Shown here in pieces: positions 1 to 14,177 of a stretch of 64,000 nt of DNA. Below the pieces are notes generated by a model, which saw nothing but the letters and a program-made list of their open reading frames with translations, made no database searches and was not told the origin of the DNA. Source of the stretch: Nemertoderma westbladi (lineage: Eukaryota > Animalia > Xenacoelomorpha); assembly GCA_032718475.1 (NCBI GenBank), contig JAUCBJ010002200.1, positions 17,970 to 81,969 on the forward strand. Direction: 5' to 3'. Within the stretch, counting starts at the first letter, position 1, and each line of letters starts with the position of its first letter. The position numbers and the translations under genes were made by a program.

Positions 1-1599
1 CCCTCCAGTAATACAACTGTACCAACCTGTACCAAGCTCCTCCAGTAATACAACTACCAACCTGTACCAAGCTCCTCCAGTAATACAACTGTACCAACCT
101 GTACCAAGCTCCTCCAGTAATACAACTGTACCAACCTGTACCAAGCTCCTCCAGTAATACAACTGTACCAACCTGTACCAAGCCCCTCCAGTAATACAAC
201 TGTACCAACCTGTACCAAGCTCCTCCAGTAATACAACTGTACCAACCTGTACCAAGCTCCTTCAGTAATACAACTGTACCAACCTGTACCAAGCTCCTCC
301 AGTAATACAACTGTACCAACCTGTACCAAGCCCCTCCATTAATACAACTGTACCAAGCTCCTCCAGTAATACAACTGTACCAACCTGTACCAAGCTCCTC
401 CAGTAATACAACTGTACCAACCTGTACCAAGCCCCTCCAGTAATACAACTGTACCAACCTGTACCAAGCTCCTCCAGTAATACAACTGTATCAACCTGTA
501 CCAAGCTCCTCCAGTAATACAACTGTACCAACCTGTACCAAGCTCCTCCAGTAATACAACTGTACCAACCTGTACCAAGCTCCTCCAGTAATACAACTGT
601 ACCAACCTGTACCAAGCCCCTCCAGTAATACAACTGTACCAACCTGTACCAAGCTCCTCCAGTAATACAACTGTATCAACCTGTACCAAGCTCCTCCAGT
701 AATACAACTGTACCAACCTGTACCAAGCTCCTCCAGTAATACAACTGTACCAACCTGTACCAAGCTCCTCCAGTAATACAACTGTACCAACCTGTACCAA
801 GCTCCTCCAGTAATACAACTGTACCAACCTGTACCAAGCCCCTCCAGTAATACAACTGTACCAACCTGTACCAAGCTCCTCCAGTAATACAACTGTACCA
901 ACCAGTACCAAGCTCCTCCAGTAATACAACTGTACCAACCTGTACCAAGCTCCTCCAGTAATACAACTGTACCAACCTGTACCAAGCTCCTCCAGTAATA
1001 CAACTGTACCAACCTGTACCAAGCTCCTCCAGTAATACAACTGTACCAACCTGTACCAAGCTCCTCCAGTAATACAACTGTACCAACCTGTACCAAGCCC
1101 CTCCAGTAATACAACTGTACCAACCTGTACCAAGCTCCTCCAGTAATACAACTGTACCAACCTGTACCAAGCTCCTCCAGTAATACACCTGTACCAACTT
1201 GTACCAAGCCCCTCCAGTAATACAACTGTACCAACCTGTACCAAGCTCCTCCAGTAATACAACTGTACCAACCTGTACCAAGCTCCTCCATTAATACAAA
1301 TGTATCAACCTGTACCAAGCCCCTCCATTAATACAACTGTACCAACCTGTACCATCCCCTCCATTAATACAACTGTACCAACCTGTACCAAGCCCCTCCA
1401 GTAATACAACTGTACCACCCTGTACTAAGCTACTCCATTAATACAAATGTATCAACCTGTACCAAGCCCCTCCATTAATACAACTGTACCAAGCTCCTCA
1501 ATTAATACAAATGTATCACCCTGTACCAAGCCCCTCCATTAATACAACTGTACCAAGCTCCTCCAGTAATACAACTGTACCAACCTGTACCAAGCTCCT
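1..1599. repeat. 37-bp tandem satellite (left part, runs off window edge)
   Basis: Unit ctcctccagtaatacaactgtaccaacctgtaccaag repeated with variants; interrupted at 1600 by LTR element E1. Confidence 0.99.
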
Positions 1600-2777
1600 T
1601 GTTCGCGCTTTCAGACCTTTGGCAGTTTAACCCGCCAAATTAAAATGTCTTCTAGATATTAAATCGCTTTTTAGCCTATGACAAGTATTTGATTCACTAC
1701 ACTAGTCGAAACCAATCTGTGCGCGATCATTCACCCGCTGGATATTCCCGGGAGATTGGGTTCGACGGTTTAATTTTATTGCTATGTAAGCCTAATGTAT
1801 TATTCGACTGACAGTATTATATAATCTCTGACAATATTATTCACCTTAGGGAATATTAACAGTTCCTTTAGGACGTGGCGCTTTATTTATATAAACAGAG
1901 TTATGACTTAAACTACTCACAACGATATGGCTTAATTATAATTCACATATATGGCGCATTCTTTAGGAAATGCTTCTTTAACAGACTCACTCGTACACAA
2001 TGCTGCACAATACTGCACACTAATCTGCCAATCTTCACTGATTTTAGTCACATATAAAAGGAACACAGACTGACTCATGTAGGGTCTATCAAATAACATT
2101 AGATTCACTTCAAACCACTTTAACATAAGTCACAATCGTTATAGGTAACCTTTCTCTCTTACCTTCGGTATATCAAGAATATTGGGTTTTCGGGGTTATT
2201 TCTCGTTATTCCAATATAATAATTCATCAACAAATATAATGAATAACCGACAACAAATAGCAGTATACAGTATTGATTGAGCAGGTAATTTTTAGCAGTG
2301 AGATATTCAAGTGATTAAAAGCCAGTTAAAGGATATATGTCCTTATAATTAAACCTACTAGTGTTGAGCTAAAAAGCAGAAAGCACAAAACACTAAAAAG
2401 CCGTTCTTTCGTGGCTTTGAAAAACTCGTGACTACTACTCTATACGAGGATACCAACTACCCTTATTCCACGAAGCTCCCGTTCAACACAGAGAAAGAGC
2501 AGTGAGATAGGAAAATTTCAGTTCAGTAGCTCTGTGATAGGTCAAAATCAAGGCTAACTCAAATTCTATTGGGAGATACAAAAACAAGGCTATGACGCAA
2601 CCTTCCTAGGCTGGTTGGCCGATTAAACAGAGCCCAGATACCTGCGTACAGCAAATCAGCCAATAAGCTGGTAGCTTGCACTATTTTAGCTATAGATCCC
2701 CTTGAGAGTATTCTAGCGACCGGGGGGGAACTGGCCAGCAAAGCAAACGAACCAGTTATACCACAAAAGCTTTTACA
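1600..2777 (-). repeat. E1 3' LTR (1178 bp)
   Basis: Direct repeat of 16439-17619; on the minus strand it is preceded by the short purine-rich tract GGGAGCGG (2778-2785), also seen before the E2 3' LTR. Confidence 0.97.
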
Positions 2778-2855
2778 CCGCTCCCAGAAAATGGGATTTA
2801 AGTCTATAAAATATACAAAATCACAGTTTCTAAAATATAAAAATACTCTAAACAG

Positions 2856-4554
2856 TTAGTCTTTCTTGCGCGGACGGCGTTTACGCAGTTTTTTAAAGCT
2901 AGCAAGAGTCATTTTCTCTTTGGGGCGAGCCACTTTACGAGGAGGGCTGTAGCTCCTAGGCGAAGGGTGCAATATAATTGCATCAGAAGGTGCAGGGTTA
3001 CGATCGGTATACCGTCCATTTCGATATGCTTCTCCTCAAGCTGATTTTCCTCCGTTTGTCATGGGATACGTTCGTCCAAAACTCTCGCAGAGAATAGGGT
3101 TTTCTAAGCTTGATATCTTCTTAGAGATTCGAGATTTCCCAATCGAACTGAGATAAGGCCAATTCGTTTATCGATTGGACTTACTGTTATAACTTACGTT
3201 TATCTGAACAAACGAAGGTTTCTTTTTTGATCTTTGTAGAATAGCGTTTAATTCGTTTCGCACAACGTTCTCCTTCACCTTGATAAAGGGTTGTATCGCG
3301 TTAAACGGGGACGACCATACGGTTGGATAGTGATATTAGGTGTCCGCGTCACAATCCGGCTAGGTAAGATGGGCGGCTAGCTAGGAATCACTATCGGAGT
3401 GTTACCGATTAATTGTTAGGGTAGCACTAGATCTTTGAGCAGTGAATACAGCTCGGGAGGATCCGTCATACTAATAGGATCAAGAGTCTGAGGCCTCACT
3501 AGGGAATGAGGAGCTCTGATCGAGTATTCCGAAACTCTGATCATTGGTTTATTTAAGGATCGTCTGAGTCGAACGAGCGTAGGTGATACATTGAACAAGT
3601 TTCGCTCGAAACTCCCGTAAGTATAGCGAGTAAAACCGTGTTTAAAGCAACGTCTCCGCGGATGTTTATGTCTTTCTGTTTGTTGGTTGGGTCTTGGGCA
3701 TTCATCACAATAACACCAAAGACACACGTCTTATAGGGGAAACGCGAGTGATCCTTCTCCAGCTTACAATACTCCTCCATCCGTTCGAAGCTATCCGGTA
3801 CAACAGGTAGCGGTCGATCGGCGGTAAGATACATCATAGTGGAATAGAGCCGTTTGAGTTCCACCATGCGGTCATGATGTATACCTTGAGGATATCGAGT
3901 TTCTAGATTCTGTTGACTGGTAATATCGAGATAGGTTTCTCTCAATAATTCCAAGTATTTGGTGAAGTCGCTGCGTTTATCCGGCTCTTCAACATCTGTA
4001 CTTTCGATTCGGTTTCGCATAGAATTCTTATATTCGATTCTCGGTTTATTGTTCCGCCTCCGCTGGGTATGATATTTAAATAGAACCATTTCCCTTTTGG
4101 TGTCTATATCGTCTATATCGTGTAAATCGATAGGATGACCAGTAGTTAAGAAGGCCATATACGTACCATTACGCTGCGTATATCGAGCAGCGAATTTTCT
4201 ATAGTCCAACTCGCGCGCGAGCTGCTCTTTGGACATTGGCGGTTCGATATAACGACCATCGTCCTCCGCAGCAGTTGGACTAACGTCGCCGCGTATTAAG
4301 CTATCAACAAACGCTTGTAAAAGTAGAGTATATCGCTCCCCGATACCAAGAACATCTTCTATCAACTCCGTCATATCTGCTATATATGAGTTTATCCATA
4401 TTATAATGAGTTTATATTTAGGCGAGCGGGCGTCGCTGCCTACCCCTCTTTGCCCCCCGGACAGTGCGAGATCCTCAGCGCCGATGTGTCGCCGCCGATG
4501 TACTTTCGCCAACGATGTAGCCGCACAACGACAACGACAACCGGCACAAGTCAC
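2856..4554 (-). pseudogene. E1 ORF3 remnant (frameshifted, ~2.7-kb internal deletion)
   Basis: Matches the N-terminal part of E2 ORF3 (EDDGRYIEPPMSKEQL, LETRYPQGIHH, EEKHIEMD) joined at ~3013 directly to its C-terminal tail (LHPSPRSYSPP...KKD); frameshift near 3600. Confidence 0.9.
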
Positions 4555-6026
4555 TCGACTGTCCGTCCCAAAGGCTTAGATTTAGATGTACTTCAGGTTT
4601 TCCTTGGAGAGTTAGGTTACTTTTACGATTGCGACTAGCTACTGTAAACACACTTTAGCAGTAACATTCACCTATAAACTCACAAATACCACACAACTGG
4701 TCACAACTACGCACATTCGGGCCATTTGTCCGTTAGTCAATGCCTTCCAGAATGTCACTGTATTATTATGTATCCTTGGATACTAGTAGGGCGCTATTTA
4801 TTCCCTATGCTATTCAATGGGACAAGCTTTCTATTGTTCTTTTAACTCAATTCTAATTCTAGCGTGGTTGTTGCTATGGTGACATTATGCAAAGCTAGCG
4901 GTAGAATTAGAGTAATTCCAATGCATACAGATCTGGGATGTTATTTAATAGTATTCTTTAATAGTCAATGTTCTGTTTTATACATGACTTTATGAATTTT
5001 ATCGGCTATTGACTAGGTTTGGGAGACTTTCGCACACTCATATGCATAATAAGATAAATCTCCGCTCCCTTGATCTATTAATTAATGGAATTTTGGGAAT
5101 GTTATAAATTGCGTAAAAATGGCAATTTATTAAATTCATTAAAAGGCATGAATTTAAATTATTCCCTGAGATTTTATTATTTGATAATTAAATGGACATG
5201 TTTTGATTCTAGAACATGTCTGGGGACACAAGATCCTTAATTCTATGACAATTGTCTTTTTAAGAATATCGGTAAATGCTACGATATCTTAATTGACTAG
5301 AATTGTTGAAGGATCTGAATTTTACAGATTTTGATTTATTAGATTTGCAAATATTAAATAATTAATATTTGAGATGGGCACCGATTTATTCCAGAACTTG
5401 TCTGGGGACGTTAACCACTGATTCTAGAATTTGTCTTTCAAGTATATCGGTGGGTGCCGCGATATCTTAATCGACTAGAATTACAGATGGTCAAAGGGTT
5501 TAACAGATTTATTTTGCGTTATACGCTACTGTTAAAGGGACATCACGCTACTATATGTATTATTTAATATACGGTATGAGAGCAATATCGCACGAAGCAA
5601 TGTCAGTGTGAAGAGGCAAGTCGTTTCCAAGGTCTACCCAGAGCTTGGCTTAGCCGAGACACGAGGATCTGAACTTTGCATTCCTAATACTCTGCCTACC
5701 AATAACACTTAAATATAGTAGTGGCTTTATTGTACTTTAATAAGTACGGACATTTCATCTTACTGTAGTTACGTATTTATAATATAATACGGACAGTAAG
5801 GAAAGAGAAAAAATAATTATTTCTTCGCCGTCTCACTAAATATAATATAAGTAATTACGTACGTAATAAACACGAATATATTGCTCTATTCTACAAAATA
5901 ATCGCTAAATAATATTCTACTAAATTAAATAAAACGATTATAATAAAATTACATAGTAATACATACATAAATATAAAAATAATAAAAATATAAAATAATA
6001 GAGTCACACGCCCACTCCGAACGATA

Positions 6027-9000
6027 TTAAGTTGGGGAGTCCCTAGATGTCGGTTGGATTAGGGAAGTGGTCGTGGGAAGAGTTTCTTGCCTTCCATAGT
6101 TTCCGGAGAGCTCTCTGTCTCTTTCCAGTAAACATAAACGTCCCACCGGGCGATTGAGATGTTGAGTCTCAAAGACTATCCCTGGTTTCTTAAAGTTACG
6201 TCGCATGACGACGAGTTCTACGGATCGCACCAAACCATCGCTCGAGATATGAGTCTCGATGATACGTCCTGTTTGCCATCGCTTACGTGGGAGATCGGGG
6301 TCCACAATAAGCACCATGTCTCCAGCGCTGACGTTTTCTTGCTGCGCAAACCACTTAGTTCGAAGTTGTAGAGTGGGCAGGTAATGTTTCTCGAAATGGT
6401 CAGCGAAACGACGGGATAGCAACTGCATAAGTTGCCAGGTTCGACGGCAGTACTCGTCTCCGTCTGTGATCTCCGATCGTGGGAGCATGGCTACGGGTTT
6501 CTTCAGTAGAAAGTGCGCGGGTGTTAGCGCTTCCAGGGAATCAGGACTTGAAGAGACTGGCATAAGCGGTCTTTCGTTGAGATAAGCGGCGATTTCCTCC
6601 ATTAACGTCCGCAATAGTTCGTCGGTGAGATAAGCGCGACAAGGCACAATAAAGTGGAACGCAGTCTTCACGCTCCTAATCAATCTCTCCCAACTTCCTC
6701 CCCACCAAGGGGCGTCGGCGGCGTTGAAGGTCCAGCTAGACGCTGTTATCCTTAGCTGATCGTCCACCTGTCTTTTGTTCCAGTCCTTTACGTAAGCTTG
6801 AATTTCGTTGTTGGCGCCAATGAAGTTCGTTCCCTTATCCGATCTCATCGTGTTACTGGTTCCGAAACGAGCGATCTGTCGTCGTAAACTCAACACGAAG
6901 CTGTTGGTGGATAGATCGTTTACCATATCGAGATGGATAGCTCTACAAGTCATACAAACGAAGATGACACACCATCTCTTGACTATAGTCCGGGCACGAT
7001 ATACTTCAATAGGGCCAAATAAATCCACACCGGTATTAGTAAAGGGTGGTTCATAGAAGCTTACTCTTTCCCTAGGTAATTCTGCCTCTCGCTGTGTTAA
7101 AGGCCTACTGAATGCTTTCCTACAGGGTATGCAGTTCCTAAGAACTTGGTTCAGAGCCCTACGGGGTTTATAAAAATAGTAGCGAGTTCGAATTTCGCTC
7201 AGAACTCGTTCTCTACCAGCATGGTACAGTTTGCTATGAACATCTACAATTATCTTGATTTGTATGTCAAGATTTCTAATGAGGATGGGAAACTTAGTGT
7301 CAAAGGATAATGGGGCGTTGGTCAGTCTACCTCCAACACGTATTAACCCATCTATCATGGTACTAGAGAAGCGATCCCTTAAGCGCATCTGTGGATTTCT
7401 TAATAACAGGAAATACTTATCGGAATCCTCATAGCATTGTAGGAGTCTCAGCATCTGTTTGTTGGTTTCATCATGCTCCTGGTAGCTGATCTTCTCCTTT
7501 AGAAACCTGTCGGATACCTTGTATTGGGGAAGATCTTTAACAACATGGACTCGTGCAGATGTTGATGGAGCATCATCACTATGGGTCTTTGTCCCGGAGT
7601 AACGATGATGAAAACATCGTTTTAGATAGGTGACAGCTTTACAGAGCCGATTCCAGGAACTGTAGTGACGTATCGCTCTCTGCAAGAGAGGTGAGAGTCC
7701 TTGCGAAATATCTGGTATTCCAGATTTCCAATCCTTGTCACGGATTTCCAAGACTTCTTTAGTCGTGGCAGTGGGTTTCTGATCCAAAGCATCATCTCCG
7801 GAAGTAAATAATACAGATAGATCAACCGCAGGCTTAAACAACTTCGATTTACTCGCTCGAGTTTTGGGTTTAACTTTCTCCGCTCCCTTGGCCTGTCTGA
7901 TCTCTGCTGTTGTGAGATGGGGTGGCCATTCTTCTTCTTCTCTGTAGAGAAAGTCAGGTCCTCCTAACCATTCGGGAGTATTTACCAATTCCTTTGGAGT
8001 CGCTCCCCGGGAAGCGATGTCTGCTGGGTTAATCGTTCCGGGGCAATGTCTCCATTGGTCCATCGTCGTGCGACTAAGTATGATGGCTACCCTGTTGGTA
8101 ACGAAGACGCTGAACTGACAGACTTCATTGGTTATATACTCTAACACGAGTAAAGCGTCGGTCCAATAGACAGTTTTCTCTAATGTATAGTCAATCTGTT
8201 CGGTTACATTCCGGCCGATGGCTGTAGCGTATAGAGCCGCTTTTAACTCCGCTCGAGGAACTTTCAACTTGTTGTTGATTAATGCCTTAGAAGTAACCAA
8301 GGCGACTTTGATTCCATCCGGAGTTTCCACTCTTAGGTAGGCTACTATACCTATTCCCATATCGCTGGCGTCTCCAAACACACGGAGTTGATAGGAATAC
8401 GTAGGGAGAACATGACCAAAATATGAACGGGAAATTATAAAATCCTCGATAGCCGGCAGAGAATCTTCCCATTTCATCCACTTCTTCAATAATTCTCCCT
8501 TAAGTGGATCGTCCCATGAGTGGTTTTCAAGCCACATTTGTTGTACCAAACTACGAGCAATCAATATAACTGGGCTAATAAATCCCAATGGATCGAAATA
8601 AGTGCTCAGTATACTTAAGCAAATCCGTTTGGTTCGAACTAGATTATCTCGCTGTTTTAGCTGGAAAAACAGGATATCTCGCTCTGTGTCCCATTTCAAG
8701 CCGAGTGTCTTGGTTTCTGGCAGATCATCTTTGATCAAATCGAGATCTTTCGCTCCTCGATCTTCCGCAGGGATCGACTCCAGAAACTCACGGGAGTTGC
8801 TGGTGAATTTCGTTAATCGAAACCCACCTCTTTTTAAGCACTCTACCGTTCCTTTAGCGACCTCAATGGCTTCCTCAACTGATGGGAGGGACTTCAGATT
8901 GTCGTCCATGTATATGTCTCTCTTGATGTTGTCGATCACTTCCTTAGAGAATGCCTCTCGGTTGTCCTCTGCAGTAGTACGCACTACCGAACAGGCGTTG

Positions 9001-12000
9001 GAAGGGCTTGAGATTATCCCAAAGGCCTGGATGGTCATCCAGTACTCCACCGGTTTCTGGTTGAGGTCTCCTTCGGGCCACCACAGAAATCGTAGACTAT
9101 CTCGATCCCTATCTAACACCTTGACTTGTAAGAACATGCCTTCTATATCGGAGGCGAAAGCAATCGAATATTGTCTCAATCTTAAAAGAATCCCCAACAA
9201 AGATTGAAGCAAGTTGGGTCCGGGTAACAATTCAGAGTTAAGGGATTGACCCATGTAAAGAGCGGAGCCATCAAACACTACTCTCACTTCGTGTGGCTTA
9301 CCGGGTTTAGGAACGTAATGGTGAGTTAAGTAATACGTTCTTTCAGTCACAGATGTTTCTTCCGGTACTCTCTCCGCGTATCCCTTACTAATAAATTTTT
9401 CCAGCTGTGTTTGATACATTGCTTTAGCTGAAGAATTAGCCGTAAGGCGTCAATGGAGTTGCGCGATTCTTTTTTCCACCAAAGGTCTGTTATTGATGAA
9501 CTTCGGTTCTTTCTTGCGGAAAGGTAGACCGACTTCATACCTACCTTGATCTTTGAGGAAACGTGTAGTTGTCTCTTGGATCTGCTTGGCCCTTTCCTCT
9601 TCCACCGACAAGGCTTTATCGTAGGAATTGGGCTCTACCGCCTCTTGCGTAAAGAATCGTACGGCATGTTCATCCCGAATCTTGGCATTATGACGCTCAA
9701 TGACGTCATTTAACTCGTCGTTATAAGCTTCTCGTTCAGATGGATAGAGAAGTTGACATAAGTTCACTTGGTTTTGCCAAGCCTCGTTTTCCTTAAGGAG
9801 ATCGATGGTATTCTCCTCATCAAAAAGCTGGTGAACGTCGTCATTATCTGAGGAGTATGGAATTCCCTCAGTTGAGTTGTCTCCCTCACTGGTATCATCT
9901 TCCCATTCACTCACCTGGCATACGCTCTCTGGCGGTAGTCTTTCTCTGAGTGTTCTACGGGAAGGGCCAGTAAAGTACCAACCTACTCTAGTTCTTACCG
10001 CATAGGTCTGTAGTGGCTGCGGTTGAGCAGGCCGTTTCTCTAATGTCTCCAGCGCCTCATGCGCGTTTTGGCCGATGAGTATTTGCACTCCAGGATAATC
10101 AGTCTGGAATCGAGGTATGTTAAGATGTTGGATGCTCTCATCCTCGTCCCAATTATATAGGTCTGCTTGAGTAGTAGCGAAGTTCTTTATAGCCACCATT
10201 TTCACTGACCTTATGCTATGTTCTCCTAGTTCGTCTTGTGGGGTGGACAACGCGCCTACATAATAATCAGCTGTTATTGTAGATTTCCAAACTTGCATAA
10301 TGCCTGACATGTTGAGCTTAGTTTGGAACTTGGGTTGTCCAGCAAATATATCTTCGGCTAGCTCTTTGTCGATGAATGTTCCTGTACTACCGGAGTCAAG
10401 GAGGGCGTTCACTACATAACTCCTCTCAGGTCCGTGAACCCTTACTTGCACCACAGGAAACTCTCGGATCCCTACATTGGAAGATGGCTCTTTCCAAGAT
10501 GGTTGTCGCTCAGAAGTAGTTAGAGTAAAGTCGTTATCTGTATCTTTTTCATATGTGAGTGCTCGATACACTGCGGTATTTATCATGTAACAGGATTCGT
10601 TTTCGTCGGAGAACTCGTCTGTATAGAATCCTTCCATCTCAGATTGATCAGTGTCGTTCACATCACTGAATTGGACATGTAGCTCGGAATCACTCACCTG
10701 ATTCGGACTATTTCGATCGAATTCAGCGTGCAACAAGATATGATGTTTCGCACCACACTTTGCACACCTTATGTCAGAGAAACAGGTTCGCCGTTGGTGT
10801 CCTTGTCTGAGGCAATTATAACATAACCGCTTATCCCACATGACTTCGCGTCTCTCCGTTAATGATTTCTTTAGAAATTCATCACACCTATTCAAATGGT
10901 GGATCCCGTCACACAGCGCACATTTTGGTTTGATGTTACTTACCTTATTCTGAGTCACATTGTGTACACTTGCCTTTTCTTCGGGCTTTCTCACCTGAAT
11001 TCTCTTGGGAGACGTGGGAGGAGTTTTTCTTACCTGTTCTCTCCTTTCATTTGCTCGAGACTTGAATTTACTTACCTGATCTTTAGGCATTTTATTGACA
11101 TAATAAGATCTATCAGTGTCTTTCCCGCTATCTTCTCCTTGGGAAGTCTGGCTTTCGCCGTCGTCTGTATAACACACTGGTGTTACCTTTCTCCTAGAGA
11201 CGGGTTTTTCACTTACCTTGTTTTCCGGTGTCTTCTCTCGGGACTGCTTGAGGAGTTGCAATTTCACTTCTCCATCCAAGAATGACATGAGATCAGCCAT
11301 GGTAGGGTCTCGTCGTTGTTGTTCCATCATATATAGTACTTTCTTATCCCAGCGTGTGCCTACCCCACCTTTCGGTAAAGTAGAAGCCACAGCTCCAATG
11401 ACCATAGAACTTTGGTATTCATGAGACTTACCTAACCAATCTAATTGTCTACAGATCTCTTGAATCTCATCGGAAAACTCTATTATCCCACTGCTGATGA
11501 ACTTTCTGGGCGCTACTAATTTTGCATATAAATACTTAGCGATATTATTCTTATTACCATACCTGATGTTTAGTGTGTCCCAAACTTGTCTTAATCCGTC
11601 TGGATGTCCAATAAACTTTAACGCCATTAACTTGGGAGATCCTTCCAAGCACTCGATGAGGTATCTAAGTTTTTCTCCATTAGATAGTACAGAGTTCTGT
11701 ATGTTATCTTTGTAATATTCATTAAAAGGTAACCATTTCATCTCATCTCCATTGAACTTGACGATCTCTCCCACCTTTACCGCTTGCCGGGCTTCGGTTC
11801 TAGCCATTTGACGCGTAAAACTTTCTTGGGCCATCGTGTTATTTAATATCGAGTTATCGGTATATAAATTTCTCGGATTATGATCAGTTCTATAGGGATT
11901 GTCATTATCAACAGGTCTATAATTACCCTTAATAGGGTTCACTATAGGAGTTTCTACTTCGCTAGCAGTATATATGCGTGTAGGCTCCACACCTTGCGCA

Positions 12001-14177
12001 TGAGATACTTCAGACCTAACAGGTTGACACATTGTTACAGAGGGTGGCGGTATACCCTTTTGAGTATTTACTAATTTATCGCGTTCTAGCGCGATACTTT
12101 GCTGCACTTCTTGCAACTCTAGCCTACTTTCCCTTACTGTGCCCTTGAATTGCTGGACAGTCTCCTGCATCTGCCCGAGCAGGATATCCATCCCCCGCCG
12201 TCTCTCGTCCACCCATTCGACCGCCGAAGCGGGAGTCGCCAACGTTGTAGCGGGCGGACGAGGGACAACGGGCGACAAATTATGAATATTTCGCTCGGGG
12301 TCCAGGACCTGAACTGTCCCCTGGGCAGTTCTACTGGGCACAGGTAGCTTAGTGCTATGCAGAGGGAATTTAGAGGTAGTTTCAGGGAGCACAGGTGTGT
12401 CTATCACCGAAGGGGTGATTTCAAGAACAGGCCTAATTATTTCAGGCTCATCTACTATAGTAGGGAGTCTTTCTATTTTAATTATTTGGTCTGTGGGCTC
12501 TGTACTACCTAAGTTGGTGTTATTTAGTTGCCTTCTAACAGCTGGAGGCAAATCAGGCAATTTCTGACGGTGGAATGTTCTTTTACGTCTGCTTAGACGA
12601 GATCTATTTCCTTTGCCTTCAGTATCGGTGGTATCGCCTTCCTCAGATGATGTATATCCCTGTCTTTTGGGAGTAGATCGATTCATCATCTGCATATTAC
12701 TAGCTGTTAACTGTTTATTTATGCAGTCTTGATTCTCTTGAATGTTTTCCAATTCTAATTGGGTGGTTTCTTCAGTCGCTCTCCGTTCGGCTTCTGCCAC
12801 TGCCTCTGCGGCCTTTCTCTCAGCCTCGGCCGCCTTTGCTTCTGCCGCTGCCGCTGCCGCTGCTGCTGCTGCTTTTGCCTCTGCCTCTGCCACTGCCGCT
12901 GCCGCTGCCGCTTTTGCCTCTGCCGCTGCCGCTTTTGCCTCTGCTGCTGCCTCTGCCGCTGCCGCTTTTCTTTCTACTTCTGCAGCTACCACTGCTGCTT
13001 TCTTTCTGTCTTCTATACGTTTTTTCTTTACTTGTTCTTCTTGGGCTCGTGTGATGCGGAGTTGTTCATCAAATTCAGCCTGGTTCGCAGCCCTCATTTC
13101 CACATCGATGGCATCCAACACAAGCTTGGTTCCTTCACTATTAGGGTTAAGTCCCTCTAACCTTCTCCTCAACTCGTCATCACCTAAAAAACGTTGATAG
13201 TCTGACAGATAGATGTCAATGGCATCCCTCTTATGCGGTTTCTCTGCCGTCGCTTCACTTTCCACTTGGGAAAAAGTAGCGTCTGTTGATTCTCCATGGG
13301 TTGATCGCTCCTCCAGCTGAGCTTTCCACTGAGCTGTTCCTTGAACCTGGAGATTCACCCTTTGAAACCAAGTCTTTACGGCGACTTGCAACGACGTGTC
13401 TTGTCTTCGTTTAGAAGCCTCCTCAAAGGCCGATAATATTAGCCTGATTCGTAGAATTCTTTCTCTCACTTGATAAAGCAGTTGTCCCTGCTCTTGAGGT
13501 CCTTGTGGTTGTTGAAACAGTTGTCCTTTTACTCGCTCCATAGAGCTGAAGAATCCCTGTGCGTATCCGGCTGCGGACCTCTTCCACACAGCGGGATCGA
13601 TGGTTTCCTTGGCTACTCCCATCCGGTGTATGTCTTCCCAGGCAGCTTCTGATAAATCAAACGGGAGTCCGGGTCCGGGGAAGTTCCATTGCGACTCGAC
13701 CATGGACTTCAGTTCTTCCCTTGTGTATCCAGCATAACTATCTCTAGTTGAACGCTGGCTTCTCGCCCAATCGATCTGGTGTTCTTCCACAGCGATCAAT
13801 AACCTGGTGAGTACGGCTGCAGGAAGGATGAGAAGGGGATCCGTATAAACCGCATCCGTCATCTTTGCTCCGCGCTCGGGTGTCAGCTCTACAGTATCTT
13901 CACTACTGGAGCTGTTGGGCCGTTGAGAAGTAAGTTCTTGGCTCGCGGGTTGTTGCTGTTCTGCTGCTTCTTGGTCCCGCTTGACCTGAGCTCGAGTGCC
14001 TATGATAGACCTACGATGTTGGACCAGCCTAGGTTCTGTTATTACTACTGGAGGGATGACCTTCCTCACAGTGGGAGGTGAACTGAACTTACGACTAGAT
14101 GGTTCTACGCCTCTATCTGAGTCACAGATAGTCACATCTAATATACTGTCTGACAGGTTCTGCTTAGTATCAGACAT
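6027..14177 (-). CDS. BEL/Pao Gag-Pol polyprotein (~2716 codons) with one in-frame TGA at 9450-9452
   Basis: ORFs 9450-14177 and 6027-9419 are in the same frame (AQLH*RLTANSSAKAMYQ). Three BEL-type Zn knuckles (CALCDGIHHLNRC, CYNCLRQGHQRRTC, CAKCGAKHH), protease LLDSGS, RT YMDD, RNase H FGDASD, integrase HHCC/DLFGP/SDKGTNF/WERLIRSVK. Confidence 0.96.

Noticed and set aside
12742-13197. Ala-, Cys- and Leu/Pro-rich plus-strand ORFs (also 8602-9207)
   Set aside because: Antisense shadows of gag-pol.
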